Positions 50,267 through 58,945 of a DNA stretch of 64,000 nucleotides are shown here, in pieces. How positions within the stretch are numbered: the stretch's first letter is position 1; the number at the start of each line of letters is the position of its first letter. The notes beneath the pieces are model-generated. The model did no database searches, was not told the DNA's origin, and worked only from the letters and a program-made list of their open reading frames with translations. Source of the DNA: Candidatus Rokuibacteriota bacterium (GTDB taxonomy: Bacteria > Methylomirabilota > Methylomirabilia > Rokubacteriales > CSP1-6); assembly GCA_016193045.1 (NCBI GenBank), contig JACPSW010000007.1, positions 6,487 through 70,486 of the forward strand, in the 5' to 3' direction. A program made the position numbers and the translations under genes.

Positions 50267-51450
50267 CGCGCGCCGAGCGCGCTCTCGACCGAATCCACTC
50301 CGGGGTGGCCCCCAGCCGGGACGAGGCGGTGAGCCTCCTGGGAGTTTCCGACGCTCGCCTGCCCGAGCTCCTCGGGGCCGCGTCGGCGGTGAGGGACCGC
50401 GGCCGGGGGCGGCGGATCACGTTCTCCAAGAAAGTCTTCGTCCCGCTCACCACCCTCTGCCGCGACTACTGCGGCTACTGCACGTTCCGGCGGGACCCTG
50501 GCGAGCCGGGGGCGCACACGCTGACTCCCGAGGAGGTCATCGCCCTCGTGCAGGCGGGCGCCCGGCTCGGGGCCAAGGAGGCGCTCTTCTCCCTCGGCGA
50601 TCGGCCCGAGGCGCTCTTCCCCGAGCACCGCGCCTTCCTGAGGGTCATGGGCCATCGGACCACGCTGGGCTATCTCAGGCAGATCTGCGAGTTGGTCCTG
50701 AAAGAATCCCCCCTCCTTCCCCACGCCAATCCGGGCCTGATGGGCGAACGCGACCTGGCCCGCCTCCGCGAGGTCAACGTCAGCATGGGGCTGATGCTCG
50801 AGACGACCTCCGAGCGTCTGCTCCGCCCGGCCATGGCGCACCACCGCGCGCCGGACAAGGTGCCCACCCGCCGGCTCAGGACACTCGCGCTGGCCGGCAA
50901 GCTCCAGATCCCCTTCACGACCGGCATTCTGATCGGCATCGGCGAGACCCTGGAGGAGAGGGTAGACTCCCTTTTTGCGATCAAGGACTTGCACGAGCGC
51001 TTCGGCCACATCCAGGAGGTCATCGTCCAGAATTTCAGGGCGAAGCCCCGCATCCCCATGGCGCATCACCCAGAGCCGTCGGCGGGGGAGATGCTGCGCA
51101 CGGTGGCGGTGGCGCGGCTTTGCCTGGGGGGAAGCGTCAACGTTCAGGCGCCCCCGAATCTGGCGGGAGACCTCTACCCCGCGCTGCTCCACGCGGGACT
51201 GAACGATTGGGGCGGGATCTCCCCCCTCACGGTGGACCACATCAACCCCGAAGCCCCCTGGCCCCTGATCGGCGCGCTGCGCCGGGCCACGGAGGCGGCC
51301 GGCTTCGAGCTTCGCGAACGGCTGGCCATCTACCCCGAGTACGCTTCCCGTCCCGAGTTTCTGGCGGAGGGGCTGCGCCCCCGCGTCCAGGCGCTTTTGG
51401 ACGGCGACGGCTGCGTGAGGACCGACTATGAGCGCTGGAGACAGTGGTAG
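50263..51450 (+). CDS. cofG: FO synthase subunit CofG (radical SAM)
   Basis: ITFSKKVFVPLTTLCRDYCGYC, PHANPG, QEVIVQNF, NDWGGISP. Confidence 0.94.
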   Translation: MTRAERALDRIHSGVAPSRDEAVSLLGVSDARLPELLGAASAVRDRGRGRRITFSKKVFVPLTTLCRDYCGYCTFRRDPGEPGAHTLTPEEVIALVQAGARLGAKEALFSLGDRPEALFPEHRAFLRVMGHRTTLGYLRQICELVLKESPLLPHANPGLMGERDLARLREVNVSMGLMLETTSERLLRPAMAHHRAPDKVPTRRLRTLALAGKLQIPFTTGILIGIGETLEERVDSLFAIKDLHERFGHIQEVIVQNFRAKPRIPMAHHPEPSAGEMLRTVAVARLCLGGSVNVQAPPNLAGDLYPALLHAGLNDWGGISPLTVDHINPEAPWPLIGALRRATEAAGFELRERLAIYPEYASRPEFLAEGLRPRVQALLDGDGCVRTDYERWRQW

Positions 51451-52702
51451 AGTCCCGGTGAACGGGCTCGCCGCATCGCTCGACTGGGTGGAGCCGGAGA
51501 TCCGCCGGATCCTGGCGCGCGCGCTCGACGGCGCCGAGCCGTCCGCGGCGGAGGGGGCGCGGCTCGCCGGCGTCGAGGGGCGCGAGCTCCACGCCCTGGC
51601 CCTCGCGGCCGACGAGCTGCGGCGGCGGCAGGTCGGCGACACCGCCACCTACGTCGTGAACCGCAACGTCAATTTCACCAACGTGTGCATCAAGCACTGC
51701 ACCTTCTGTGCCTTCAGCCGCGACCACCGGGAGGAGGAGGGCTACTTCCTGCCGATGGAGGAGGTGGTCCGCCGCGCCCAGGAGGCGTGGGACCTGGGCG
51801 CCACGGAGGTCTGCATCCAGGCGGGGCTCCCGCCCAAGCTCGACGGCCGCTACTACATCGACCTCTGCCGGGCCATCAAGCAGGCGCTGCCCCGGATGCA
51901 CCTCCACGCCTTCTCGCCGGAGGAGATCCTGTACGGCTCCGTGCGCTCGGGGCTGCCGATTCGCGAGTACCTCACGGAGCTGAAGGCGGCGGGGCTCGGG
52001 ACCCTCCCCGGCACCTCGGCCGAGATCCTCGACGACGCGATCCGCGACGTGATCTCCCGGGGCCGCATCACGACGGGCCAGTGGATCGAGGTCATCACGA
52101 CCGCTCACTCGCTCGGCATCAGGACGACCTCAACCATCATGTACGGGCACATTGAAACGCCCCTGCACTGGGTCAGGCACATGGACCTGCTGCGGTCCAT
52201 CCAGCGCCACACCGGCGGCTTCACCGAATTCGTGCCCCTCTCCCTGATCCACTCGGAGGCGCCCATGTACCGGCGCGGCCTCGTGCCCGGAGTCCGCCCG
52301 GGGGCGACGGGGACGGAGGTCGTGAAGATGCACGCCCTCGCGCGCTTGATGCTCGGCCCCAGCTTCCGGAACGTCCAGGCTTCGTGGGTGAAGGAAGGGC
52401 CGAAGCTCGCCCAGCACCTCCTCACGTGCGGGGCCAACGACCTGGGGGGCACGCTGATCAACGAGAGCATCTCCACGTCCGCGGGCGCGCCGTACGGCCA
52501 GCTGGTCCCGCCGCGCGAGCTCCGGCGGATGATCCGCGAGGCGGGGCGCGTCCCCGCTCAGCGCAGCACCACCTACGAGCTCCTGAAGGTCTATGGCGAC
52601 GCGGACGAGGAAAGCCCGCTGGACGCGATCCAGGACCCGGAGGCGCGCTTCGGGTCCTACCACCGGCTGACCGCATCGGCGGAGTTCAGGTTCAGAAAAT
52701 GA
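51428..52702 (+). CDS. cofH: FO synthase subunit CofH (radical SAM)
   Basis: NRNVNFTNVCIKHCTFC, PGTSAEIL, QASWVK, NDLGGTLINESIS. The start may be GTG 51458. Confidence 0.92.
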   Translation: MSAGDSGRVPVNGLAASLDWVEPEIRRILARALDGAEPSAAEGARLAGVEGRELHALALAADELRRRQVGDTATYVVNRNVNFTNVCIKHCTFCAFSRDHREEEGYFLPMEEVVRRAQEAWDLGATEVCIQAGLPPKLDGRYYIDLCRAIKQALPRMHLHAFSPEEILYGSVRSGLPIREYLTELKAAGLGTLPGTSAEILDDAIRDVISRGRITTGQWIEVITTAHSLGIRTTSTIMYGHIETPLHWVRHMDLLRSIQRHTGGFTEFVPLSLIHSEAPMYRRGLVPGVRPGATGTEVVKMHALARLMLGPSFRNVQASWVKEGPKLAQHLLTCGANDLGGTLINESISTSAGAPYGQLVPPRELRRMIREAGRVPAQRSTTYELLKVYGDADEESPLDAIQDPEARFGSYHRLTASAEFRFRK

Positions 52703-52787
52703 CCTTGCGCTCAGCACTCCCTCGATTACAATACGGCTCTGGTCTCGTCGTACATCGTTCACCCCAACCCCTGAGGAGGACGCTCTC

Positions 52788-53075
52788 ATGGCGAAGTCGA
52801 TGACCAAGTCAGCCATCATCTCTCACCTCGCCGCCAAGACGGCGCTGACGAAGAAGCAAGTGGGGGGAGTGCTCGAACATCTCGCCACGCTCGCCGTCAA
52901 GGAAGCCAAGAACGGCTTCCAGATCCCCGACCTGGGCAAGCTGGTCCTCCGCAACCGCGCCGCGCGGATGGGGCGCAACCCCCAGACCGGCGAGCCCATC
53001 AAGATTCCCGCCAAGCGGGTCGTCAAGTTCCGTGTTTCCAAGGCCCTGAAGGACGCGGTGCTTGGGAAGAAGTAA
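52788..53075 (+). CDS. hup: HU family DNA-binding protein
   Basis: MTKS, RAARMGRNPQTGEPIKIPAK. Confidence 0.93.
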   Translation: MAKSMTKSAIISHLAAKTALTKKQVGGVLEHLATLAVKEAKNGFQIPDLGKLVLRNRAARMGRNPQTGEPIKIPAKRVVKFRVSKALKDAVLGKK

Positions 53076-53691
53076 GACCCGCCGGGCCGCGGGCGAGCGC
53101 GCCCCGGCGACGCCGCCGTTGGCCCCCTTCGCGAGCCCCCCGGCTCCCGAGGGGGTTCTGTTTGAGCCCCTGACCGAGCGGATCGACGAGGCCCGCCGGC
53201 TCTTCAGTTACGCGGGGGCGTGGGCCCCGGCGCCGGCGCCCGGCGAGGTCCTCTGGGGGGCCTCGACCGGGCGGGAGGCCGATCGGAGGCTCATCGGCGC
53301 GCTTCTCCTCGAAAAGAAGGGGGCGGCCGGCATGCTCCACGGGCCGGTGGTGGTCCTCACTGCGGGAGCCGGCTGGAACCCGATTGAGGTGGCGGCCGGG
53401 CTTCTGGCCGCCCTCATACCGCACGCCACGGGGAGTGGGATCGAGACCCTCTTCGCCCGCCCTCAGGGGCTGGACCGGGTCTGGGTCAGATTCGGCTTCA
53501 TCCCGGTTCCCGAAGCGGACCTGCCGCGGGCGTTCAAGGGACGGCCGGGGTCCGGCCTCTTCGCGTGGCGCGGTGGGACGGCGCTCTGGTCCACGCGCAA
53601 GCCGCAGAGCGACGAGGCCCCCTCGACCCCTCACCCTGCCTCTCTTCCCCCTCACCCTGCCTCTCCCCAAAGGGGGGAGGAGAAGATGTGA
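53062..53691 (+). CDS. GNAT-fold (ArgA/ArsN2-like) protein, function unknown
   Basis: LIGALLLE..GMLHGPVV..AAGLL..GIETLF..RFGF.PVP..LP pattern. C-terminus is derived from a REP. Confidence 0.6.
   Translation: MGRSKTRRAAGERAPATPPLAPFASPPAPEGVLFEPLTERIDEARRLFSYAGAWAPAPAPGEVLWGASTGREADRRLIGALLLEKKGAAGMLHGPVVVLTAGAGWNPIEVAAGLLAALIPHATGSGIETLFARPQGLDRVWVRFGFIPVPEADLPRAFKGRPGSGLFAWRGGTALWSTRKPQSDEAPSTPHPASLPPHPASPQRGEEKM
53627..53682. repeat. REP-like CCCTCACC/GGGGAG element (family copy 3), inside the GNAT 3' end
   Basis: Tandem CCCCTCACCCTGCCTCTC x2 followed by CCCCaaaGGGG. Confidence 0.7.
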
Positions 53692-54623
53692 AAAGCATAA
53701 TAGTGGCACTCGCTGGCGGCACCGGAGCCGCCAAGTTCCTCAGAGGGCTCGTCGCCGTGGTTCCGCCCGAGCAGGTCGCGGTGATCGTCAATACCGGCGA
53801 CGACGCGCTCGTCTGGGGGCTCCACGTCTCCCCCGATCTCGACACCGTGACCTACGCCCTCGCCGGCCTTCTCGACGAGGCCAAGGGGTGGGGAGTCAGG
53901 GACGACACGTTCCGCTGTCTGGCCGCCATGGCGGCCCTCGGCCGCGAGACGTGGTTCAACCTGGGGGACCGGGACCTCGGAACCCACCTCTTCCGCACCG
54001 AGCGCCTCGCGGCCGGCCGGAGCCTCACCGAGGTCACCGAGGCGATCCGCAGGGCGCTGGGCGTGAGGAGCCGGCTCCTTCCCGCGTCGGACTCCCCCGT
54101 GGCCACCCGCGTCCTGACGCCCGGAGGCTGGCTCGGCTTTCAGGAGTACTTCGTGAGGGAGAAGGCCCGGGTCGAGGTGCTGGACGTCGCCTACGGGGGA
54201 GCCGAGACGGCTTCCCCCGCGCCCGGGGTGCTCGAGGCGATCCACGCCGCGACCGCTGTCGTCATCTGCCCATCGAACCCGATCACGTCCATCGGACCGA
54301 TCCTGGCCGTCCCTGGAATCGCCGAGGCGCTGGCGAGCACTCCGGCCCGAGTCCTGGCCATCAGCCCCATCGTGGGGGGCGCGCCGGTGAGCGGCCCCGC
54401 GGGGAAGCTGATGGCGGCCAAGGGGCTGCCCGTGTCCGCTCTCGGAGTGGCGCAGCTCTATCGCCCGTGGCTGGACGTGCTCGCCCTCGACCGACAGGAT
54501 GAACGCCTGGCGCCGGATGTCGCCGCGCTCGGCATCGCGCCCCTGGTCACCGGCACGCTCATGACCGACCGCCGGGCGGAGGCGGCGCTGGCCCGCGCGG
54601 TGGTCGACCGCCTCGCGTCATGA
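53688..54623 (+). CDS. cofD: 2-phospho-L-lactate transferase
   Basis: LAGGTGAAKF, VNTGDD, SPDLDTV, WFNLGDRD, FQEYFV, PSNPITSI, SGPAGKLM. Confidence 0.95.
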   Translation: MKSIIVALAGGTGAAKFLRGLVAVVPPEQVAVIVNTGDDALVWGLHVSPDLDTVTYALAGLLDEAKGWGVRDDTFRCLAAMAALGRETWFNLGDRDLGTHLFRTERLAAGRSLTEVTEAIRRALGVRSRLLPASDSPVATRVLTPGGWLGFQEYFVREKARVEVLDVAYGGAETASPAPGVLEAIHAATAVVICPSNPITSIGPILAVPGIAEALASTPARVLAISPIVGGAPVSGPAGKLMAAKGLPVSALGVAQLYRPWLDVLALDRQDERLAPDVAALGIAPLVTGTLMTDRRAEAALARAVVDRLAS

Positions 54624-55291
54624 TCGTCGCCGCGGTCCCGGTCAAGGACCTCAGCAGCGCCAAGCAGCGGTTGGTCCCCCTTCTCTCGCCCTCGGAGCGC
54701 CGGGACTTGGCGCGGGCCATGCTGGAGGATGTGCTGGCGGCGCTGTGCGGAGCCGGCCTCGACGCGGTCCTCGTGGTCACCCGGGACGCCGAGGTCATCG
54801 AGCTGGCCCGCCGCGTGGCCGTCACGATCCTGGAAGAGGCGGCGAATCGCGGCCACACCGAGGCGGTGGCGCTGGCCCAAAGAGAGGCGGTCAAGATGGA
54901 GGCGCAGACCTTCCTCACCATCCCGGGGGACGTGCCGCTCGTCACCGCGGAAGAAATCCGCGCGCTGACCCGGGCCGTGCGCGCCGGACGGTCAGCGGTC
55001 TTCGTGCCGTCGCGGTCGGGCTTCGGGACCAACGCTGCGCTCCTGGCCCCGCCCGATGTCATGCCGCTCAAGTTTGGAGAGCCGTCGTTCGCCAACCACC
55101 TCAGCGCCGCGCGCGAGCGGGGGGTCGAGCCGACGGTGCTGGGGCTGCCGGGCCTGGGCCTCGATATCGACGGCCCCGACGACCTGGCGTCGCTCGCCGC
55201 CGAGGGCGGGCATACGCGCAGCGGCCGCCTCGTCAGCGTCTGGGGCGCCCCTCACCTCTTCTCCTCTCCCCAGAGGGGAGAGGCAGGGTGA
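54620..55291 (+). CDS. cofC: 2-phospho-L-lactate/PEP guanylyltransferase
   Basis: VPVK..AKQRL, PGDVP, GTNA, FGEPSF..H, DIDGPDDL. Confidence 0.93.
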   Translation: MIVAAVPVKDLSSAKQRLVPLLSPSERRDLARAMLEDVLAALCGAGLDAVLVVTRDAEVIELARRVAVTILEEAANRGHTEAVALAQREAVKMEAQTFLTIPGDVPLVTAEEIRALTRAVRAGRSAVFVPSRSGFGTNAALLAPPDVMPLKFGEPSFANHLSAARERGVEPTVLGLPGLGLDIDGPDDLASLAAEGGHTRSGRLVSVWGAPHLFSSPQRGEAG

Positions 55292-55317
55292 GGGGGGAGA
55301 GGATTAAGGTGAGGGGG
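55248..55317. repeat. REP-like CCCTCACC/GGGGAGAG palindrome (family copy 4), overlapping the cofC stop
   Basis: CCCCTCACC..CCTCTCCCCagaGGGGAGAGG..GGTGAGGGG. Confidence 0.75.
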
Positions 55318-55329
55318 CCCGGTAACTCC

Positions 55330-56082
55330 GTGCCGCCGCGCTATGAAGTGATCGGGGTCGTCGGCCTTCCCGAGATCGGGAAGGGGGACGACCTGGGCCG
55401 CCTGATCGTCGAGGCGGCCGCCGCCCAGGGCACCGCGCTCGGAGATGGCGACCTGCTCGTGGTCAGCCAGAAGGTCGTGTCGAAATCAGAGGGGCGCGTG
55501 GTGCCTCTGGCCGGCGTCACGCCCTCCCCCGCGGCCCTGGCCATGGCGCGCGAGCTCGCCAAGGACGCGCGGCTGGTGGAGCTGATCCTCCGCGAGTCGC
55601 GGCGCGTGGTGCGCATGGACAAGGGAATCCTCATCGTGGAGACCCACCACGGCTGGATCTGCGCCAACGGCGGCGTGGACCAGTCCAACGTGGACCTGGA
55701 CTCCGCTTCCCTGCTCCCCGAGGACCCCGATCGCTCCGCCCGCGCGCTGAGGGAGCGGATCCGCGGGCTGACCGGCGCGGACGCGGCCGTCATCATCTCC
55801 GACACGTTCGGGAGGCCGTGGCGCGAGGGGCTGACGAACGTGGCGATCGGGATCGCCGGCCTCGCGCCGATCCGGAACTACCTCGGCGCCCAGGACCCGG
55901 CGGGACACACGCTCCAGGCCACCCTCCTGGCCGTGGCCGACGAGCTCGCCGGGGCGGCTGAGCCCGTCATGGGCAAGCTGAACCGCGTGCCCGTCACGAT
56001 CATCCGCGGCCTCCCCTTCGAGCGCGGGGAGGACAGCTCGAAGGCGCTGCTCCGCGACCCCTCGCGCGACCTCTTCCGCTGA
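55330..56082 (+). CDS. cofE: coenzyme F420-0:L-glutamate ligase
   Basis: GLPEI..GDDL, QKVVSKSEGR, ANGGVDQSN, SDTFGRPWREG, ADELA, DLFR. No C-terminal nitroreductase domain. Confidence 0.95.
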   Translation: MPPRYEVIGVVGLPEIGKGDDLGRLIVEAAAAQGTALGDGDLLVVSQKVVSKSEGRVVPLAGVTPSPAALAMARELAKDARLVELILRESRRVVRMDKGILIVETHHGWICANGGVDQSNVDLDSASLLPEDPDRSARALRERIRGLTGADAAVIISDTFGRPWREGLTNVAIGIAGLAPIRNYLGAQDPAGHTLQATLLAVADELAGAAEPVMGKLNRVPVTIIRGLPFERGEDSSKALLRDPSRDLFR

Positions 56083-56239
56083 CGGAGGACCCTCGCTGGA
56101 CGATCTCGCGGGTCTCTTCGCCACGCGGAGCCGCCGCCATCTGCTCGATGACAACCAGCCTGACGCGATTTGACCAACATTTGTCATCCCTGTAATATGC
56201 GGGGACTCGGACGTGCGGTATGATCCAGCAGAGGGTCGA

Positions 56240-57583
56240 GTGACGAAACGCATCCTGGCCGTCATCTCGCTGTCGGCGTGGCTAGCCGGGTGTGCCGCCC
56301 AGGGCGCGCTCCAGGCGGCGTCGTCCGACGAGCAGGGCCTACCGCCCCCGACGCGCCAGGTGCTCGGCAACGGCCTGCGCCTGATCATCCAGGACCACCG
56401 CGCTGCCAACGTGGTAGCCCTTTATCTGTTCGTGAGCGTGGGCGGCCGCGACGAGGCGCCGAATCAGCTGGGCTTCTCCCACTTCCAGGAGCACATGCTG
56501 TTCAAGGGCACGGACACCCAGCCGCCCGGGTGGGTGGACCGCGCCGTCGAGGGCGTCGGGGGCAAGTCCGACGCCAAGACCTCGCTCGACTACACGTTTT
56601 ACTCGGTCATCGTCCCCGTCGAGGAGACGGCCAACGGGATCAGGATCCTGGCAGAGATGGCCTTCCGCTCGAAGTTCGATCCGGTGGAGCTGAAGCGCGA
56701 AGGCGAGGTCATCGTGGAAGAGGGGAACATCGAGCAGGACACCCCCCGCACCGCACTGATCCGGGGACTCTACGGGCTCGTCTTCCGCGACAATCCCTAC
56801 GGCCGATCGATCCTCGGGAGCCCCGAGACGCTGGGCGCCGCCACGCGGGAGACCGTCTTCGCCTACTACAAGCGTCACTACGTCCCCGAGGCCATGACGC
56901 TCGTCGTGGTGGGGCCGGTCTCCGAGCGGGCCGTGACCGCAACCGTTCGCGAGGTGTTTCGGAAGATCCCGGCCACAGGCTACCGGCGGGCCCCGGTGCC
57001 GCCCCCCGCCCCGCTGACGGGCGGGATCCGCCGTCAGGTGGAGCGCCCGGAGCAGCAGGCCTTCCTCGGGATGGCGTGGGTCGCGCCGCGGGCCGACGAC
57101 CCGGACGGCTTCGCGGTGGATCTCCTGGCCTCCATCCTCGGCGGATCGGAGAGCTCGCGCCTGGCCCGGACGCTCCGCGACCGCGACCAGCTCGTCTCCA
57201 GCGTCACGATGAGCTACGCGGCTCTCCAGGGGGCCGGGATCATCAGCCTCAGGGCCGAGCTGGAGGCGCCGGACCTCGAAAAGGTGGAGCGCCTGATCCT
57301 GGAGGAGATCGCGCGGATCCAGGCGGATGGGGTGACGGAAGACGAGCGCCAGCTCGCCGTCATCCAGTTCGAATCCGAGCACGCCTTCGACACGGAGACG
57401 GCGGAGGGGCTCGCTGACGCGTACGGCATCGCCGAGACGACGTGGACCCTGGACGCCGAGCTGACCTACGTGGATCGCCTCCGGCAGGTGACCCGGGAGC
57501 AGATCCGCGAGGCCGCGCGCAAGTTCCTCTCGCGGACCGACTACGCCCGGCTCGCCTTCGTGCCGAAGCCGAAGGACCGCTGA
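56240..57583 (+). CDS. M16 family zinc peptidase, catalytic subunit, lipoprotein
   Basis: LAGC lipobox, HFQEHMLFKGT (HxxEH), VIVEE. Confidence 0.9.
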   Translation: MTKRILAVISLSAWLAGCAAQGALQAASSDEQGLPPPTRQVLGNGLRLIIQDHRAANVVALYLFVSVGGRDEAPNQLGFSHFQEHMLFKGTDTQPPGWVDRAVEGVGGKSDAKTSLDYTFYSVIVPVEETANGIRILAEMAFRSKFDPVELKREGEVIVEEGNIEQDTPRTALIRGLYGLVFRDNPYGRSILGSPETLGAATRETVFAYYKRHYVPEAMTLVVVGPVSERAVTATVREVFRKIPATGYRRAPVPPPAPLTGGIRRQVERPEQQAFLGMAWVAPRADDPDGFAVDLLASILGGSESSRLARTLRDRDQLVSSVTMSYAALQGAGIISLRAELEAPDLEKVERLILEEIARIQADGVTEDERQLAVIQFESEHAFDTETAEGLADAYGIAETTWTLDAELTYVDRLRQVTREQIREAARKFLSRTDYARLAFVPKPKDR

Positions 57584-57585
57584 CC

Positions 57586-58890
57586 GTGCGGCGCCTGACG
57601 TCCCTCCTGCTCAGCCTGGCGCTCCTGGCGCTCGCGAGCCTCGCGCCCGCCGCCGAGCCCCGCGCCGTCACCCGGACGCGGCTCCCCAACGGGTTGACGG
57701 TTCTCGTGAGAGAAAACCCTGCGTCAGCCGTCGTAGCGGTCGCGCTCGCCGTGAAGCTGGGAACGCGCTGGGAGACGCCGGAGACGGCCGGCATCTCCAA
57801 CTTCCTCCAGCTCATGGTCGTGCGTGGGACGGCGTCGCGGAGCGGAACCCAGATCGTCGAGGACGCCGAGCGGCTCGGCGGCCGCATCGACGGCCGGGGC
57901 GACCAGGACTGGTCCGCCATCGAGGCGGCCGCCCTCGCGCGCAACTGGATCCCGCTCCTCGAGCTGGTCGCCGACGTCGCCCTCCACCCCTCGATGCCCG
58001 CGGGGGTCGTGGAAGGGGTCAAGCAGTTCCTGCTGCGCCAGGTCCGGAACCGCGGCGACCAGCCTTATCCCGTCGCCTTCGACACGCTGATGCAGTCGCT
58101 GTTCGGCCCTCACCCGTACGCCTGGCGTCCGCTGGGTCGCCGAGAAAGTCTGGAGCGTCTGGATCGGGCGGCGCTCCTTGCCCACTACCGGCGTCACTAT
58201 GTTCCGGGGGGGATGGTGCTGGCCGTGAGCGGCCAGGTGCGCGCTCCCCTGGTCCTGAGAGAAGTCGAGCGCCTGTTCGGCGCGATGCCGGCGGGACAGC
58301 CGCCCGCCGCGACCAGCGTGCGCGCTCCGGCGATGGCCGCCTCGCGCGTCGGGAGCGACGTGCCCGGAGCCCAGGCCCAGATCCTGCACGGAGCGCTCGC
58401 GCCTCCGATGACCCATCCCGATTACCCGGCAGTGAAGGTCCTGAGCACCGTGCTGGGCGGCGGCATGGCTGGCCGCTTCTTCTCCGAGATCCGGGACAAG
58501 CAGGCCCTGGCCTATTCGACCGCAGCGCTCTACCCCACGCTGGCGGACACGGCGTACTTCGTGGCCCAGCTGGGCACGGGGCCGGAGAATCTCTCGCGCG
58601 CCCAAGCCAGTCTAAAGAAGGAGCTGGAGCGGATCCGGGAGGAGCCGCCGGCGGCCGAGGAGCTCCGCGTGGCCAAGGCGTACCTCCTGGGCAACTTCGC
58701 GATGGACCGGCGGACCAATGAGCGGCAGGCGTGGTACCTGGCCACCTACGAGCTGGCCGGGGTCGGCTATGAATTCCTTGACCGCTATGTCACTGGCGTG
58801 AGGGCCGTGACGCCCGCCGACGTCCAGCGCGTGGCCCGAACGTATCTGGGGACGATCCGGGAAAGCGTGGCCGGCCCCCAGGTTCGCTGA
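57586..58890 (+). CDS. M16 family peptidase, non-catalytic partner subunit, exported
   Basis: Signal peptide, LPNGL, HxxEH replaced by NFLQL, retains the R/Y pair in IRDKQALAY. Confidence 0.88.
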   Translation: MRRLTSLLLSLALLALASLAPAAEPRAVTRTRLPNGLTVLVRENPASAVVAVALAVKLGTRWETPETAGISNFLQLMVVRGTASRSGTQIVEDAERLGGRIDGRGDQDWSAIEAAALARNWIPLLELVADVALHPSMPAGVVEGVKQFLLRQVRNRGDQPYPVAFDTLMQSLFGPHPYAWRPLGRRESLERLDRAALLAHYRRHYVPGGMVLAVSGQVRAPLVLREVERLFGAMPAGQPPAATSVRAPAMAASRVGSDVPGAQAQILHGALAPPMTHPDYPAVKVLSTVLGGGMAGRFFSEIRDKQALAYSTAALYPTLADTAYFVAQLGTGPENLSRAQASLKKELERIREEPPAAEELRVAKAYLLGNFAMDRRTNERQAWYLATYELAGVGYEFLDRYVTGVRAVTPADVQRVARTYLGTIRESVAGPQVR

Positions 58891-58905
58891 CCCCGAGGCT
58901 GACTC

Positions 58906-58931
58906 GGTGTCAGACACCGGTGTCTGACACC
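58906..58931. repeat. perfect 26-bp palindrome
   Basis: GGTGTCAGACACCGGTGTCTGACACC just before the SD of the protease gene. Confidence 0.7.
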
Positions 58932-58945
58932 ATGGGAGGTTTTGC

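Noticed and set aside
56147-56188. GATGACAA...TTGTCATC inverted repeat upstream of the M16 genes
   Set aside because: Only 8-bp arms with a long spacer and no second instance; too weak to call an operator.
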